A DNA stretch of 51,304 nucleotides, the filler included, from Catajapyx aquilonaris (Eukaryota): NCBI GenBank assembly GCA_000934665.2. It is 3 parts of 3 records of this genome, joined end to end, with 100 filler letters (N's around TTAATTAATTAA, not from the genome) between each part and the next. Parts side by side here need not be neighbours in the genome. Positions count along the whole stretch, not along the records: positions 34,290 to 51,304 come from JYFJ02007053.1; 2 more parts are not named here. One strand, given 5' to 3'. The notes under the pieces were generated by a model. That model was given only the letters and a program-made list of their open reading frames with translations, was not told the origin of the DNA and ran no database searches. The position numbers and the translations under genes are program-made. This document shows, piece by piece, positions 34,651 to 47,870 of the stretch (within the stretch, counting starts at the first letter, position 1; the number at the start of each line of letters is the position of its first letter).

Positions 34651-35449
34651 TAAACATCATAATTATGCATTTTTTGTTCCTCTTTTTCCCTTTTTAATAA
34701 TATTACTACTCCCCCTTGAACTTCCCAATGCAGGATGTTTCCACCAATTCATTAAGAAGGTTTATGACATGCAAACACCCGGAAAGCACCAGTAATTATT
34801 CAGTTACTAATTTCTGCAAAATGTAGACAATTATTACAAATATGATTTTAAGATGTTGCTTTAAAATAGAGGCGTGTTGTCTGGCTCCTGAACAGTGATT
34901 ACAGAAGCAGCAATAGTTTCTCGAACATAACGTAAGATCCCTTGCTCAATTAATACACAACTTACGGAATGTTAGCAGTTAAATACGTATGTATATTGCA
35001 GATGGCGGGTCGGATTTTTGTCCCACTGCTGGTTACTGCTAACTTAGCAATACCAGTGCCAACACTAGTACTCCTAAGTTAGCAATAACTAGCAGTGGGA
35101 CGACAATGCCACACATTGACTTTAGGGAGGACCCTCACATTCATAAGACGAGGAGCCTATGAGACATGATCACTATACTATCCGAGTGTCCCGTAGCAGA
35201 TAGACCTTGCACAACTTCTCGGGACGACGAATGTGAAGAGAGATACAAATGGCTCTACTTTGCCTCGCAACACATTTCTTGCCATCACGTACTTTACATG
35301 TAACACATTCTCATAAGCCCGTCCCACGTAAGCAAATGGTATATTCCCGCGTGTCTCGCGAGCAGTTCGCCGGTTGCAGCCAGTCAGTGCCACGACTAAG
35401 ACGAGTGTCTAGCTCATCTACTGACATGGTCCACCAGCTGCCTCCATGT

Positions 35450-35900
35450 CCCGGTGCCTGTAAAGTGACGTGACAATTCCAAGACTGTATCCCTCACTGC
35501 GACGACACAATTCTCAGTGAGTGCATACAGGCCACAATACGTTACACTATCTTTTTCAACACCCACTGAGGCATTACCACTTCTTTCACATTTTTAGACA
35601 TATAGAAATGTTTCCATCGAACAATCCACACAATGCAAATCGCTACAGAGAAACCTGCACCATCGACTTGCCAGCCTTTCTCGTCATCCTTTACATACCA
35701 GTTCTGTGACATGAGTGTTCACTAAATTCTTATTGCGACTCGTTTGGAATGAAGGATGAAAACTGCCCTACCTTTTATAATCGTGCAGCGAAGTATCGGA
35801 TACATCACAAAAGCCAAGACCTTCCTTAGCAGACGTCTCTTCACATTTTGTCTCGTTTCCTAGATTTGAAGTGCTTGAATAAGACTGCAATAAGACCAAT
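35450..35900 (+). pseudogene. piggyBac-like transposase remnant
   Basis: NANRY...IDLPAFLVILYIPVL resembles PGBD TN.YA...ELKAFIGILY.AG; followed by a degenerate ILSRF-LRF stretch; frameshifted. Confidence 0.5.
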
Positions 35901-35994
35901 ATTTCTCAGGAAAAACTTCGGCAGAACATCTTTGAAAAAGCATGCGTAAATTAATAGTCAAAATACCCTGTCATGATGGATCACCACTTGTGAC

Positions 35995-36360
35995 GAGAAC
36001 ATAACACCAACTTGGTCAACACAGACTCACACTAACTCGCAAGAACGCAATGTCGCTTAATAATTTAATATGCCACCAATGACTGAGGACAACCTTGAAG
36101 ATGAGGAATTAGGTCCACCTTATCTTCCAGGGAGGTTCTGGTCCTTAATATTGACAAGACAGGACATTGAAAGGAGTGACGGACGTCCAAGGGAACAAGA
36201 CATCATTTTGTATTAAAGAGCTCAGAAGCTTAATTTCAGCACAAGTACACTTACGCTTGAAATGGTGTAAATTGCTCTCTAGTGACATTACAGACGGACA
36301 GGTAATATATTCCATGGGTAGAGCGGATCAGGCTGATGAAAAGCACTTGGAGGATGCGTC
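35995..36360 (+). pseudogene. Mutator-like transposase remnant, paralogous to 38033-39530
   Basis: Direct DNA similarity: 35996-36135 vs 38033-38170 and 36242-36350 vs 39415-39530. Confidence 0.5.
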
Positions 36361-36689
36361 GGAGATTATATTAACCAATGGCATGCTCAAAGTGGTTGCG
36401 TTTTCGATATACTGTATATACAGTATGTGTATAATATATTTTCCCCATGGGAAACCCTGGGGGAAACCTTGCAAAAACTTTTAAAGAAAAAAATGTGCGA
36501 GTCGTCTACAACTTCCAACCAGTCGTTGGTAGTTGTATTTGACAGGCGCAGGAAGTGGCAGGAGCAGGGCTCGAACCTAAAAACGAGCTAGCTAGTAAGA
36601 AAAAGAGTGACGCAGTCAACCTGGTACAGCAACAAAAACATGGCTGAATTGAGACTCCAATGAAACTGAAAATCACGTGAATTATTTGA

Positions 36690-37110
36690 TAGGGTCAGTC
36701 ACATCTTGCAGTTTTAGTGGCGTGGACCATCTTCACAGGAGTTGGTTTCATAACAATTTAGCCGTAACACCATCAGGCTGCATAAACACCACTTGTTCTA
36801 AATGGACCAAGTCCCAAGGAGTCTCCCAGACGGACGTCCCACTCCGCCTCAGAACCAATCTTCATGCTGTCTCACACCAAATCCAGCCATTTCATCGGAA
36901 TCTCTCTCCTCTATGCGGCGGTGTGTTTGAGATACAGACATCTTGATAATCCTTCTTGCTGTTGCCTTTACATCACATTGGGACAACTTGAAAGGGGGTA
37001 ATTTCGTGTGAGATCGCCCAAGACATAACACCCTCCAATTTTTAATTGAATTGAAAATTGTAGCCCCTACTTGTGCCACGAATAGATCATGATATGAATA
37101 TGTCATTAAC
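36690..37110 (-). pseudogene. Possible highly degenerate tyrosine-kinase C-lobe fragment
   Basis: Colinear weak motifs across frames: YHDLFVAQVG (cf. DLL.FA.QIA), IPMKWL (cf. LPIKWM), VWE, MQPDG (cf. QPEGC). Confidence 0.3.
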
Positions 37111-37599
37111 CCTTTGGTTAAGTAAGTCAAGTATTATTTGCAGATGAAACATCCCTAAAACCTTCAGCAAGTATTTATTCATTTATTTATTTATCTGTTA
37201 TTATACATCGAATCGTCACGATTGTGATGCCATTTAATTGGGAATACATAAGGGTTCAACGCTTTTTATGTGCGATGAATATCGTTTTTAAGACTTAATA
37301 ATATTATGACAGGTTTGTTGCCGATTGTGAGTGTGGGAATTTGTTCAGTTCCAGTACTGGGAAGAGGAAGTGCAGTTTAAGTGGCAAGCCCGACAAGTGC
37401 TACCAGTTGGTACATTCAAAAAGGAAACTGTCTTCGACCCATAAACTCCAAGAAGAAGAATATTTTGCATCTCCGTATGCAAGTGATTGAGAGTGCCATA
37501 AAGACTATTTTGTGAAAACCAATATGCCTCCCTGTACGTCAGGTTCTCGTTTTACATTACACAAGATATTGACTTTACTCTCACATCGAGAAGACGAGG

Positions 37600-37890
37600 A
37601 CTAAGAATAATAATGACAGGTTCGGACATATCGTAGACGCCGGTTATGTGGCAGGAGTGTTACTACATTCGTATGACGACCTGTTTGGAATGAAGGATGG
37701 AAACTGCAGGACCTTTTCATATTTCCTTTTCAAGATATTTCCTAGGCCGGATCATCATCACCATCATCATTCGATGTCGTGTGTGTGCCCAGGAGACAAA
37801 TGACATACAAGGATACAATGGGGATACAAGGACGTGCGGTACTTGCTGTGTCCAGGGTATATTACAGACAATTTCACTGTGTAACTATAT
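37600..37890 (+). pseudogene. Second piggyBac-like remnant
   Basis: Shares GTTTGGAATGAAGGATG with 35742; YVAGVL..DDLF and ITDNFT (cf. piggyBac TDNFFTS). Confidence 0.45.
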
Positions 37891-38032
37891 CAGCAACAAG
37901 CGCCTGTGGTTTATAAACTGTCTCTCCAGCACTAGAAGCCTGGATTTCGCTGCGGCTGTTGTTCACCCTCCTCACTGGACCTATTATTCTGCATCAGAGG
38001 AAGTCGTTGACCTTGGACGCATCACCACGACT

Positions 38033-39530
38033 AGAACATTACACCAACTTGGTCAACACAGGCTCACAAGAACTAGCAAGAAACCAATGTCGCTTAATAT
38101 GACACCAATGACTGAGGACAACCTTGCAGAAGAGGAATTAAGAAGTACGCCTTGTCTTCGGGGGAGGGGATCTTCTCTCGTTGTAGGCAAATACTCATGA
38201 CTGTATAATATATTATGATCAGTCAAATACCGCAAAATGATGAGCCATCCGACGACCGAAGAAGAAAGATATGTTAAAACCCCGGGTCAGTACTCACAGT
38301 GTCAGTGTGGCTTTGCACCACGTTGTGCGACATAAACTGATTGGCGGATCCAAACCTCATCGACTGCAGAAACGACACCGGCGTCAACCCATCTTTCTCA
38401 GGATAAAAATTATTTCAGCCCAGCCTAGAAACATGGACAGGATAAAACCTGATATCTCAAGCTTCTACATGGGCTCATCCGGCTCATTAGACCACTCGCC
38501 GGACTCTCACTCTGTTGCTGATAATAAGGAGTCATTGATATGTTCTTAGTCATAATTATGTTGAGGAAGGTAAAGGTGGGCATCATATGTTGGTGCTGCA
38601 TACCAATATATTGCCTATGTTCTGAACAAAAGGAGTCCCATATGAGACCACCCCATGTCCATGTTAACTGAAAGGGGCACTAGCAAGCTCATGTTTAAAC
38701 AGCTAACTGACGATATTATAATGGGCAGGATGAAGACGGAGAGGTGGAACAGAAAGAGGCAAATGCTTCAACTTGAGGGCCAAGTCCCGACGAAGGACCG
38801 ACGCATCGCCGCCGCAACTTCAGGGCCAGCTATCGAACCTACATGGAAGGGAGAGTCATCCACCATCACATCTTTCGACGCCTTGGTCGAATATACTAGG
38901 CTGCTCGTATAAGCGTTGCCAACCGTGATGCAAATGAGCAAGTTGAGGAATCTCTCCGGAAGACCATCGCCGAGGAGGTCTTCGTCAAGTGAACCGACGG
39001 GTAATGCAAAATGGCATTCACCGTCTTGCCCACCCCCGTGTCCGGCAGTGGCCCAAACCAGACTTCCAAAGCCCGCCAGGCGAACAGTGGAACACGCGAA
39101 GGGGCAGATATTCTATGGTCAAACGCCGGGTCAGGTATATGCTGGAAATAAGATGCGCAATAATTTTCGCAATGATAACAAACTGATCGATGTGGGTTAT
39201 ATCCCATCGATCATCAGATACTGATTTGGCAAACCCAAACTAACGGGCTAACAATTTTCTGGAATAGGAAAAATGTAAAGACATTTTCTTCCAAGGAAAG
39301 AGGGCATGGGACATCATGGCCATCCACAAGAACAAACTTCCAAATGGGAACTGCGACGCCTTGAAAGAATTTAAAGTGCTTGTAATGATGTCAGGAACGG
39401 CCCTATATTAATATCAAGTACACTTACGCTTGAAATGATATAAATTGATCTCCAGTAACATTATACAATTACAAGTAATGGATTCCATGGATCGAATTGA
39501 TCGATCAGGCTGATGAAAATCACATGTTGG
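38033..39530 (+). pseudogene. Mutator-like (MULE) transposase remnant
   Basis: Degenerate motifs in MULE order: G.G..L....PMS, A.EE, TV.Y.G (cf. I.VSYDG.W), YC.C, VN.KG-TSKLM...DII (cf. NW.GSSK.ME.D.I). Confidence 0.45.
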
Positions 39531-40526
39531 AAATCACCTGCACCAACAAAAAGCCCACAGTAACTCCAGGAAGGTCGTCTCTACAGAGACTACAAGAAGC
39601 AAACAAGAGGCGAGCAACACCACCAGCCATCGCCACAGTGGAAACGGACATCATCGAGGAGATGGCGGGCTACGACATAGTCTGGATGAACGACAGCGAC
39701 ATCTTCATACCAGACCCTCCATTGTCCCCTCTCATCGTGTCTATCATCGTGTAACTACGTCAGCTCCATTTCTGCACATATTCGTACATCAGATTAAATA
39801 TGCACACTTGAAGTAGAAATGTGTTAACTAACATTAACACCCGTACAAGAAACCAAGTTTTCATTTCATGCTATGTTGACTTACAGCAATATTATAGCCT
39901 GAACTTCAAAATTCAAGGTTATCTTATAGATAATCTGTGTTTGGCTCTCTGAAGAGTCATATAATGCATTCATAAGCAATAGTAATAAAATGTACTGTAT
40001 ATTACTTGCAGCATAAGTCAACCATATTATTTTTCTCTTTCTGTAGGACAAGACTGTAACATGCAATTGATTTTACACTGCCTGTGAATTAAATGATACT
40101 TGAAATGGTAAACAGCAAATTTTATAAAGACACTGTCAGCACTTGTTAGTATAAATCGGGATCCATGTCAGGCATATTATTTTACACGTTGTGTTATGAA
40201 TTTGATTGAGCTATATTATCGTCTCTTCACTATTCGTGGGCAGGTACTGACTGTATTATGGTCAGCTGCAGTTCTCTCCAGCCCTCTATTCCGCCAAATG
40301 CTGAGCCTTTCTCCGATCGAAAAAGAAGAAAGATGCTCAAGCCACTGCTATTCCACAGACCGCCTGACAACATCTGATACATCTGAGAAAAAGTTCACCT
40401 GCTTGAACTCCGCAGATTTCAACACGGACGGACGCCGAAAGGAACCAGACATGCAGTTGCGACGTGTGGAGAAGAGGAGCTTATGAGAATAATGACCGGA
40501 CATGACAGTATGGTATCCAAGTGAGG

Positions 40527-41023
40527 TATTCGGTCATCCCAAGACCGTTTGAGTCGACGCCGTTATGCCATACCACATGCACGAATCACCATTCACTCCG
40601 ATCCGACAGCACATGTTCGTTGAGTACATATTAGCCACGATAATGAAGCCGGTGGACATAAAATGACGTAAGGCACCTACAGAGCGTAAATCATAAGCAG
40701 CAGAGGATTATCTCAAGTCAAACACTATTTAATGTGCTATAAATCTCTCATACAAAAATGAGGGCATCAATTTATATTTCCTATTCGGTCATCCCAAGAC
40801 CGTTTGAGTCGACGTCTTGATGTGCCACTTCCAGGAATGTTTCATCATTCACTCCGACAGCACATGTGCGGTGAGTGATAAGCCACGATAATGAAGCCTG
40901 TGGAACTGACGTAAGGCACCTAGAGAGCGTACATCGTAAGAAACAGAGGATTATCTCAAGTCAAACACTGTTTAGTGCTATAAATCTCCCATACAAAAAT
41001 GAGTGCATCAATTTATTTTTCCT
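40527..41023 (+). repeat. Tandem duplication of a ~255-bp unit within a possible Sola-like transposase remnant
   Basis: Both units start TATTCGGTCATCCCAAGACCGTTTGAGTCGACG (40527, 40782). IIHSDST and the downstream FLLLGHSY weakly resemble SDNC.GQN and FL..GHS motifs. Confidence 0.7.
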
Positions 41024-41849
41024 ATATTCCTCATATGGAAATTTCGAAGCAGACTTCCTCCTCCTGGGCCATTCATATATTTTGAAAACACGAAATGAAA
41101 CACTCCAACTTGATCCATCCTGCAAAGTGCCTTCGAACGGTGTGTGTTACCTGGAACTGAAAATCCCGTGAATAGCCAGTCACATTTTTCCATTTCCACC
41201 TTCACTGGAGTTTGTTTCACAACAATCTACCCGTGAAAGGGAGCCGTCCATCAAGCTATAATAAGCACCACGCACAAGTTGTCCAAAAAGAACTGGTCTC
41301 CAAGTCTAACATCATACTTAGCCTCCGAGCTGACTGTTAACATGTTGACTCACATCCGAACCAGCCATTTCCTCGTAACGACACATTTATCACGTGATAT
41401 GCAGCACATGCCACAGACATTATAAACATCAATGGGGCTAACAAGGGAAGGGGTAAAGTTCTTATGCACACAAAGGACAATGTTACCAGCAATATCATCT
41501 GGCAGTGCCCTAGTGATAAGTTTGTCAATCATTGGGATCAGAAATGGAACTGAGTTTCGCACTTATAATGGTCCTGGACAGCACCCTTGCAAATGCTCAG
41601 CTTGGTGGCCAACCAGACAGATATTACAGATAAAGAATCTTTTGGAGGCTATTCCGTTATTTGACCCTGAAATAATTGATATTATTATTGCACGGCGTAT
41701 CACTGTCATCCCAGAGACAAAAGGTAACCATCAGCCTAAATTGCTGCACTAAATATTTAGCGGGCTACTATAAGCACTAAGCCCAGTCGACTTACTCACC
41801 ATGTCATTGGTGACTTGCTTATCTCCAGTAGGCTCCTGTCAACCGAAGA

Positions 41850-43000
41850 TTTTGTCATGAACCAGGAATGAACAAATTGTTGCATTTGTACAATTAGCCT
41901 ATATTACAGGGCAATGCTGCGTTTTTCCATTATACACAGCACTTGAAGTTTTATGGTGCCGTTTCTGTGATAAAAAAATAATTATCTGGCATGCAGTACT
42001 TGTGTACGTAAGAGCTGCATACTATTAAAACCTTCCTTTAGCCAGCGACATACTTTCAGAATGTCAAAAAACGGAGCAGGCCCAACAAGACTGATTGTGT
42101 CAGCATTAATGCGACAAGAACTGCTCCTGTGAAGGCCAACAAGTATGCAGCCTGAATGCCTCAAATCAATAATGATGACAAATCAACATTCCAAAATTTA
42201 CACAGTATAAATAAAGACTCCAGCAGAACTTAACTGAGTATGTGTCAAAATACTACCTTATGATTATATATGGAATATAACCAGTGCGACCAGGACATCC
42301 GGGTACTATTTACTGTATAATATTATGGTCAGGCATTTATATGAACTGGCGGGTAACTATCGTATCCCGCCTATTGAAACCATGTGTGCTATCTCTGAAC
42401 AAGAGCAGAAAGTCAGCCTAAAGTGAGCCAACAGAATTGATGGTAGAAACCAGAGCAAATATTTCTCCAGGTCGAAACTTTTAAAAAGAGTACGTTACAT
42501 TAACATAAGTGGTGATGGGGATGCTACCAATTATACCCATTTCTTGTGCACCTTACAATTATTCAAGCACTCTTATAAGTGATTGTTGACTTTGTAATGA
42601 TCTGACTGACACCACTTATATCCCAAGTTTCACAAATGAGTGATTTACACAACTGATGTGCCATTAATTAAGTTCTGGGAATCTCCATAAAGTGTTATGC
42701 ATTCAAGGATGAACTGACTTCATTGCATATGTACACTTGGAGACCAATGACCTTAACAAGAGAAACAGACCCTTGGCACTTGAATAGTCCTTTTTGAAAT
42801 CTAATGCCCCTCCCTACATGAGGCACCTCTGGTGGAGTCCAATAAAATTTGAAACATAAGTTATTCCAAAACTGAAGTGGACTGCTGACACCAAATATTA
42901 CACAGTGCAAAATTGTTGCTTATTCGAATAGCATCCTCATTGACCCTGTTCCCAGAAGGACGTGCCAGCATATTCTGTTTGTTTGGTCCTCCAGAAGTAG
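41850..43000 (+). pseudogene. Mutator-like (MULE) transposase remnant
   Basis: YFSRSKLLKRVRYINISGDGDATNY at 42460-42534 matches F.RS...GVRY..YIGDGDS..Y; LFPEGRAS..C near 42945 resembles LCP.G..SWC. Confidence 0.65.
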
Positions 43001-46000
43001 CTTGGTACTGGTGACTGTTGTCGTCCGAGTGAAGAGGAATGACAATGTATTGGTATTTGAACACACATCTTGAACTTCCCAAACAATTTTTTTTCTTTCG
43101 AAACTTTGGATAATACCACCACTTGTTTTAAATTAGGATCAATATATCTTTCCCACTGTTGGTGATAACAATTCAGTGTGAGGCTTAGCCCCTAATTTAT
43201 CAAACACTTGCATGAATGCACTTTTCTTCACATATATGTCACACAATATTGTGGCTAAATGTATTGCAATTTCTTACATTGCAGTAAGATTTAATATTCA
43301 TACCAATAGAACATACCAATATTCGAACTGCTGGGAGCATAGTAGTGCAATCTAAATATATTTCATCTCTAAACATGAACTGCACATACTGCGACTTGCT
43401 GCTATCCTGCAGAGTTTCGTTCACAAAAAAACACTCCACAATTTAAAAATAGTAGTATGATATTATTTGCCCCTTTCAATTAGAAAATCATAAGCTAAGC
43501 ATGAGTGCTGCAAGACGAGGAGAGGATCTCCAAATCGCGCCCTAAAACCACCAAACTGGTTAGGTATGATTTAAGGGCCAAGGGTAAGTAAAATCTCAAA
43601 TACCAACTCTTAAGTACCCTGAGTACTGATCACAGAAATTGTACCAATAAAATCATCGTACAGCAAGACTTTTTAGTGGAGGACTTTGCATTTGGACACT
43701 ATATTCAAACAAGCAAGTCCTTTACCAATTAGTGTAACAGGAGCATAAATTTGTGATCCTGTGAAATAATTTCATATAGTGACCTTATCATCCAATAAAA
43801 ATCAAGGTCCATCTCCAGCGTAACCCTCCAACTATGGGCAAATCCATCAGGAGACCTATTGCAAGACGGACTGAAAACAGCGTGGCCCCAACTGGACCGA
43901 GAATACTGTTTCTGCCGATGAAGTGGATGAAAAATAACATACTGAAGCTCACCACTGCAGTGAGTAGGTTGCATGCAAATTCAAACATTACCAACATCAA
44001 GATGTACGAATGTAACTGATGACCAATAGCGAACTACCTGCTAATATAAACTGTCACTCTTGAAATTACAATAAAAACATGGACAGAAAATGATCCAATC
44101 CTGCATAAGAACCAGTGTCTATACGCGACATGCTGCCGTGGGATTATAAACTTGGTATATATCCCGACAATTCATATTCACTGATAATAACATGCCTGAT
44201 AACCACGAAACCACCAGACGGTAATGACAATCAAGATGAATCCCACATACTTGGTCATGATTGTGGATTTGTTGTACTGTACAAAGTAATCATCTTCTAA
44301 AATCCAAAAAAAAAGCTGTGAACCAAATATTCTCCCAGATATATGAACGTTTGTGAATGTACTGGTTTGCATATTGTTGGGATCATTCCAGCCATGGCAT
44401 TGAAAATAGGAAAAGAATGTGCTATGGCCAAAGTGGCACTGTTTTAACAGCTTCCATAGTGCACATGGACTGGCAGAATATGAGATGATGACGTGTGGCC
44501 CCCTATAGAAGACGACGCTGAGGGACTGCCTGAAATCTTTCATAGGAATGTGGCCATTCTCCGCAGCAGGACATTATATGCAAGGGAAAGGCAAGTCTAT
44601 GTCTCCCAAAGACACGAACCGACGAACGACAACGACAAACGACTCATCAGCATTTTACCTGCAAAAATAGAACATCGTCTTCTGTTCCAATCCCCCAGCC
44701 TTCCCAGCCCCGATTCGACCTCCCCCGTCTTACCTAACTACTCACCGTACCTTCCAGAAGGGGCAGAGCACCAGGGCTGGCCCTGGGGCGGACCCTGGGG
44801 CGGACCCTGGGCGAATTGCGTCCTCATCGTTCGGCTTCCACGAAATGAAGGGGAGGAAAAAAAAAGAGGGGACGCCAACTTATAACAGTTTATTTGTGTA
44901 GCTAATATAACTAATACATAACGATGGTCAAACAGGGCATTTGGAACAGCGTAAATATTTTGTCAATAGTGTAATCTAGGTTTAACATTGGCCATATTTA
45001 CATCGGGTGATTAACTTATAATGTTGAAAGTGTGGTCAATAACATGAGGAATGCTGGGGGCAGTTATTAACTAATTAACTTTAACGATACTGGCTACATC
45101 CGGGATTTCATGTGACGTCATGAGTGCGTTCAGTCGTCAACCTCGTGAAAACGGGATTGCATTTTGTCCTGTTTTATTGATTTAATTTGGGTGTTAATGC
45201 GATTGGGTTTGTAAATGCGATAAAAATAAAAATTATTGCGCACATAAATATCGGTATTTTGGCAATTAATTACAGCAATTATTGAATCATGGGCCATTGT
45301 TATGTGTATGAACGCGGCCCAAAGATGATGGCGCTTATGACGTCACCAATGTTGCCGGATTTACGGCATATTTGACTGTCATGTCGAAATTTTTGTAATT
45401 AGGCTACAACATTGCAACAAACAGTAATTAATACACTAGGTAACAGTTAAAGTATGTAAGCGGATTCCACTATCCGATGGGTTGACTTTTTTCGCAAAAT
45501 TAATTTGCATAAAGTATGATTCACTGTAATTCCCAGTTGACACATCTACTAGGAAAGTATAGGTAAGCAAAGACTTGTAGAACAATAAATTAAAGACACT
45601 CAACTTATCATATGCCTGTTGATATATAAGGGTCACAACATATTTCGAGAGAATAAGTAATTAGGCTACTTGCGAATACATAATAATGTAGCGGCATTAA
45701 AATCACGCGTCGGTTCGTAATCATATTGTGGACATATATATATTATCTAACAGACATGCCCTTACGATCATTCATTGTGACTTATCCGAGTCGGAAATAC
45801 AATCCGGTTATAGACACATGTGATATAGTATAATATTATACTAACTGTAAGTTAATTTAATTTTAATTTTCCGTAAAAAAAATCTGACTCTTTAAACGTC
45901 ATTTCTGATAGTCACAAGGAACCATGATTGTCATGCCTTTTTGTTGGTACGACAAAAATGGGTCAAAATATGGCAGAAAATGGCAGCGTTGAAATATGAC

Positions 46001-46039
46001 GTCTCCTGTTGGACAGTGGTGCGAGAGTGGACACCGCCC

Positions 46040-46915
46040 ATCTGGACAGGCCACAGGTCATTTGGGGTTGTGGCCAAGGCAGAACTCAAGACAGCAGTAT
46101 TTTCCTGAAGACTGATACCACAAGGATATCATCCTGAGAGAAGCGCTCATATAATTGCCTCATCACGAAAATATATTGCAAGTTACACAACTCTTGGATT
46201 ATTTAGAAGCGTCCTAGAGGATTCAGTGCAAAGATTCACAGAGACTTGAAGCCTTACAACATATTGTTTTTATTGGAGGGAAAACATGGAGTCAGGATCG
46301 GCGACTTTGGACTGAGCACCTCACTGATTACTCTTCACAGGCCAAGTGATTTTCAGAGCAAACAGCATGAATAGTAAATCGGCTTTTATGAAGAGAGTAT
46401 GGCCCCAAGACGGATGTGTTCTCGATAGGCCTGATATACTGTATGAGTGGTCAGTATCCTACTATAGACCTGGGAATGTATACTGCATAAGCTTTCATGC
46501 AGTGGACATGGGAAGAACAAGTGAATTGACTAGCGCGCATATCAAAATATTCATAAATTATTATAATATATTATGAAATAAAATTGGCTGATAATTAGCC
46601 ATATCGAGTCAGCATATATGCCTATGTGTATGTGCCGCTGTTCCTGAGATATATTTTTGCAAAAAATGTAATATGCCATGAACTAGGCGAAAAATATAAG
46701 TCGTATCGCAAGCAATAATTACGATTACAAGACACGTAGGCTACTTGAAGTCAGACATTGGGCTTCAGATTTCAATTGGCAATAACGTCATATTTTCCTT
46801 CTGTGAGAATATTTAGGAAAATTGGCATGATTTTCAATTCAATCCAAGGATGAACGTAAAGAGACCGTCGGCGGGTGACGTAGAAAAGCGTGTGTCACAA
46901 ATCCTCGAAATTTTT
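46040..46915 (+). pseudogene. eIF2-alpha kinase (PERK-like) pseudogene copy 1
   Basis: In order: GHRSFGVVAKA (I), IILREA..HHENI (III/IV), IHRDLKPYNILF (VIb), VRIGDFGL (VII), YGPKTDVFSIGLI (IX), donor-like gtcagt, KRPSAGDV (XI). Stops, frameshifts and deletions present. Confidence 0.8.
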
Positions 46916-47099
46916 ACCACAAAATATTCGAAAGTAACACTGAAAAGTGATCAGTGTTGCTGTGTGATACAGCATTGTCAAAAAGCAACTGAATACTTCA
47001 GTGCTCCGACAGCTTGAACTCTGTCAGAAGGAGACCATGGGTCACAAATTAGACAGCGGATTCAGGGCACACAAATTCTCCAATCGGATCATTTTTCAT

Positions 47100-47365
47100 C
47101 ATAAATCTCCGGGAGTGTCCTGAGTATTCACAGACAGATTGATTCACAGAGACCTGAAGCCCCACAACATACTGTTTTCCTTGGAGGGCAAAAAAGGTCA
47201 AAGTAGGCGACTTTGGACTCAGAACCCCACCACTTAACTCGTCACAGGCCAAGTGACTTTTAGGGCAGACAGCATGGATCGCATATACCAGCTTTTATGA
47301 AGAGAATATGGCCCCAAATCGGACGTATTCTCGATGGGTCTCATCCTGTATGAGTGGTCAGTTTC
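47100..47365 (+). pseudogene. PERK-like pseudogene copy 2
   Basis: LIHRDLKPHNILFSLEGK, frameshift, VKVGDFGL ... YGPKSDVFSMGLILYE; DNA colinear with 46230-46460. Confidence 0.8.
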
Positions 47366-47779
47366 CTACACACATTATGAGCTTCCGTGGACTGAGTGGA
47401 CTCCACTTGGCTGCCAAACATGGAAATAACAAGTAATCAATATTGGCTGATAATAATTAGCAATTGCTATCTAAGCATATATGTAATAATAAACGTAAGT
47501 GTACGTAATACGTTTTCTAATATATGTATTTGAAATTATGTAACATATCATGAACTTCCTCGCCTGATTTAATTACACCTGGAGGTAAGGTTGTTGTGGC
47601 GAGATAACCAAGAATAAGTAAGCATCGAGTCTAGACATACCATATCCTGCTGTCACCTTATCAACATCAAAATGTAACCGTGGCTAAAATAAACACGACC
47701 AACGCAGGTCCAAGGCGAACAAGCCAGACTTTCTATCATTCTTTCTTCAAAATAATACAGAGTCACCCCTTGTGATAAG

Positions 47780-47870
47780 ATACCTCGACGCCTTCTGTTT
47801 CCTTCCGCTGAGAATGGCGTAGTAAAAGTTGGGGACTTTGGATTGGCCAAGGAGAATATTATTTACGGTA
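47780..47870 (+). pseudogene. Third kinase fragment
   Basis: ENGVVKVGDFGLAKE (subdomain VII). Confidence 0.6.

Noticed and set aside
38200..42335. Recurring motif ACTGTA(TAA)TATTATG(G/A)TCAG at ~38200, ~40250 and ~42313 as a novel regulatory signal
   Set aside because: More simply explained as the decayed first catalytic region (I.VSYDG.W) of repeated Mutator-like remnants.
44779..44811. CCCTGGGGCGGA tandem repeat (WGGPWGGPW) as a CRISPR-like or coding repeat
   Set aside because: Only ~2.5 adjacent 12-bp units with no spacers; a simple minisatellite. No CRISPR array or cas gene was seen anywhere in the window.
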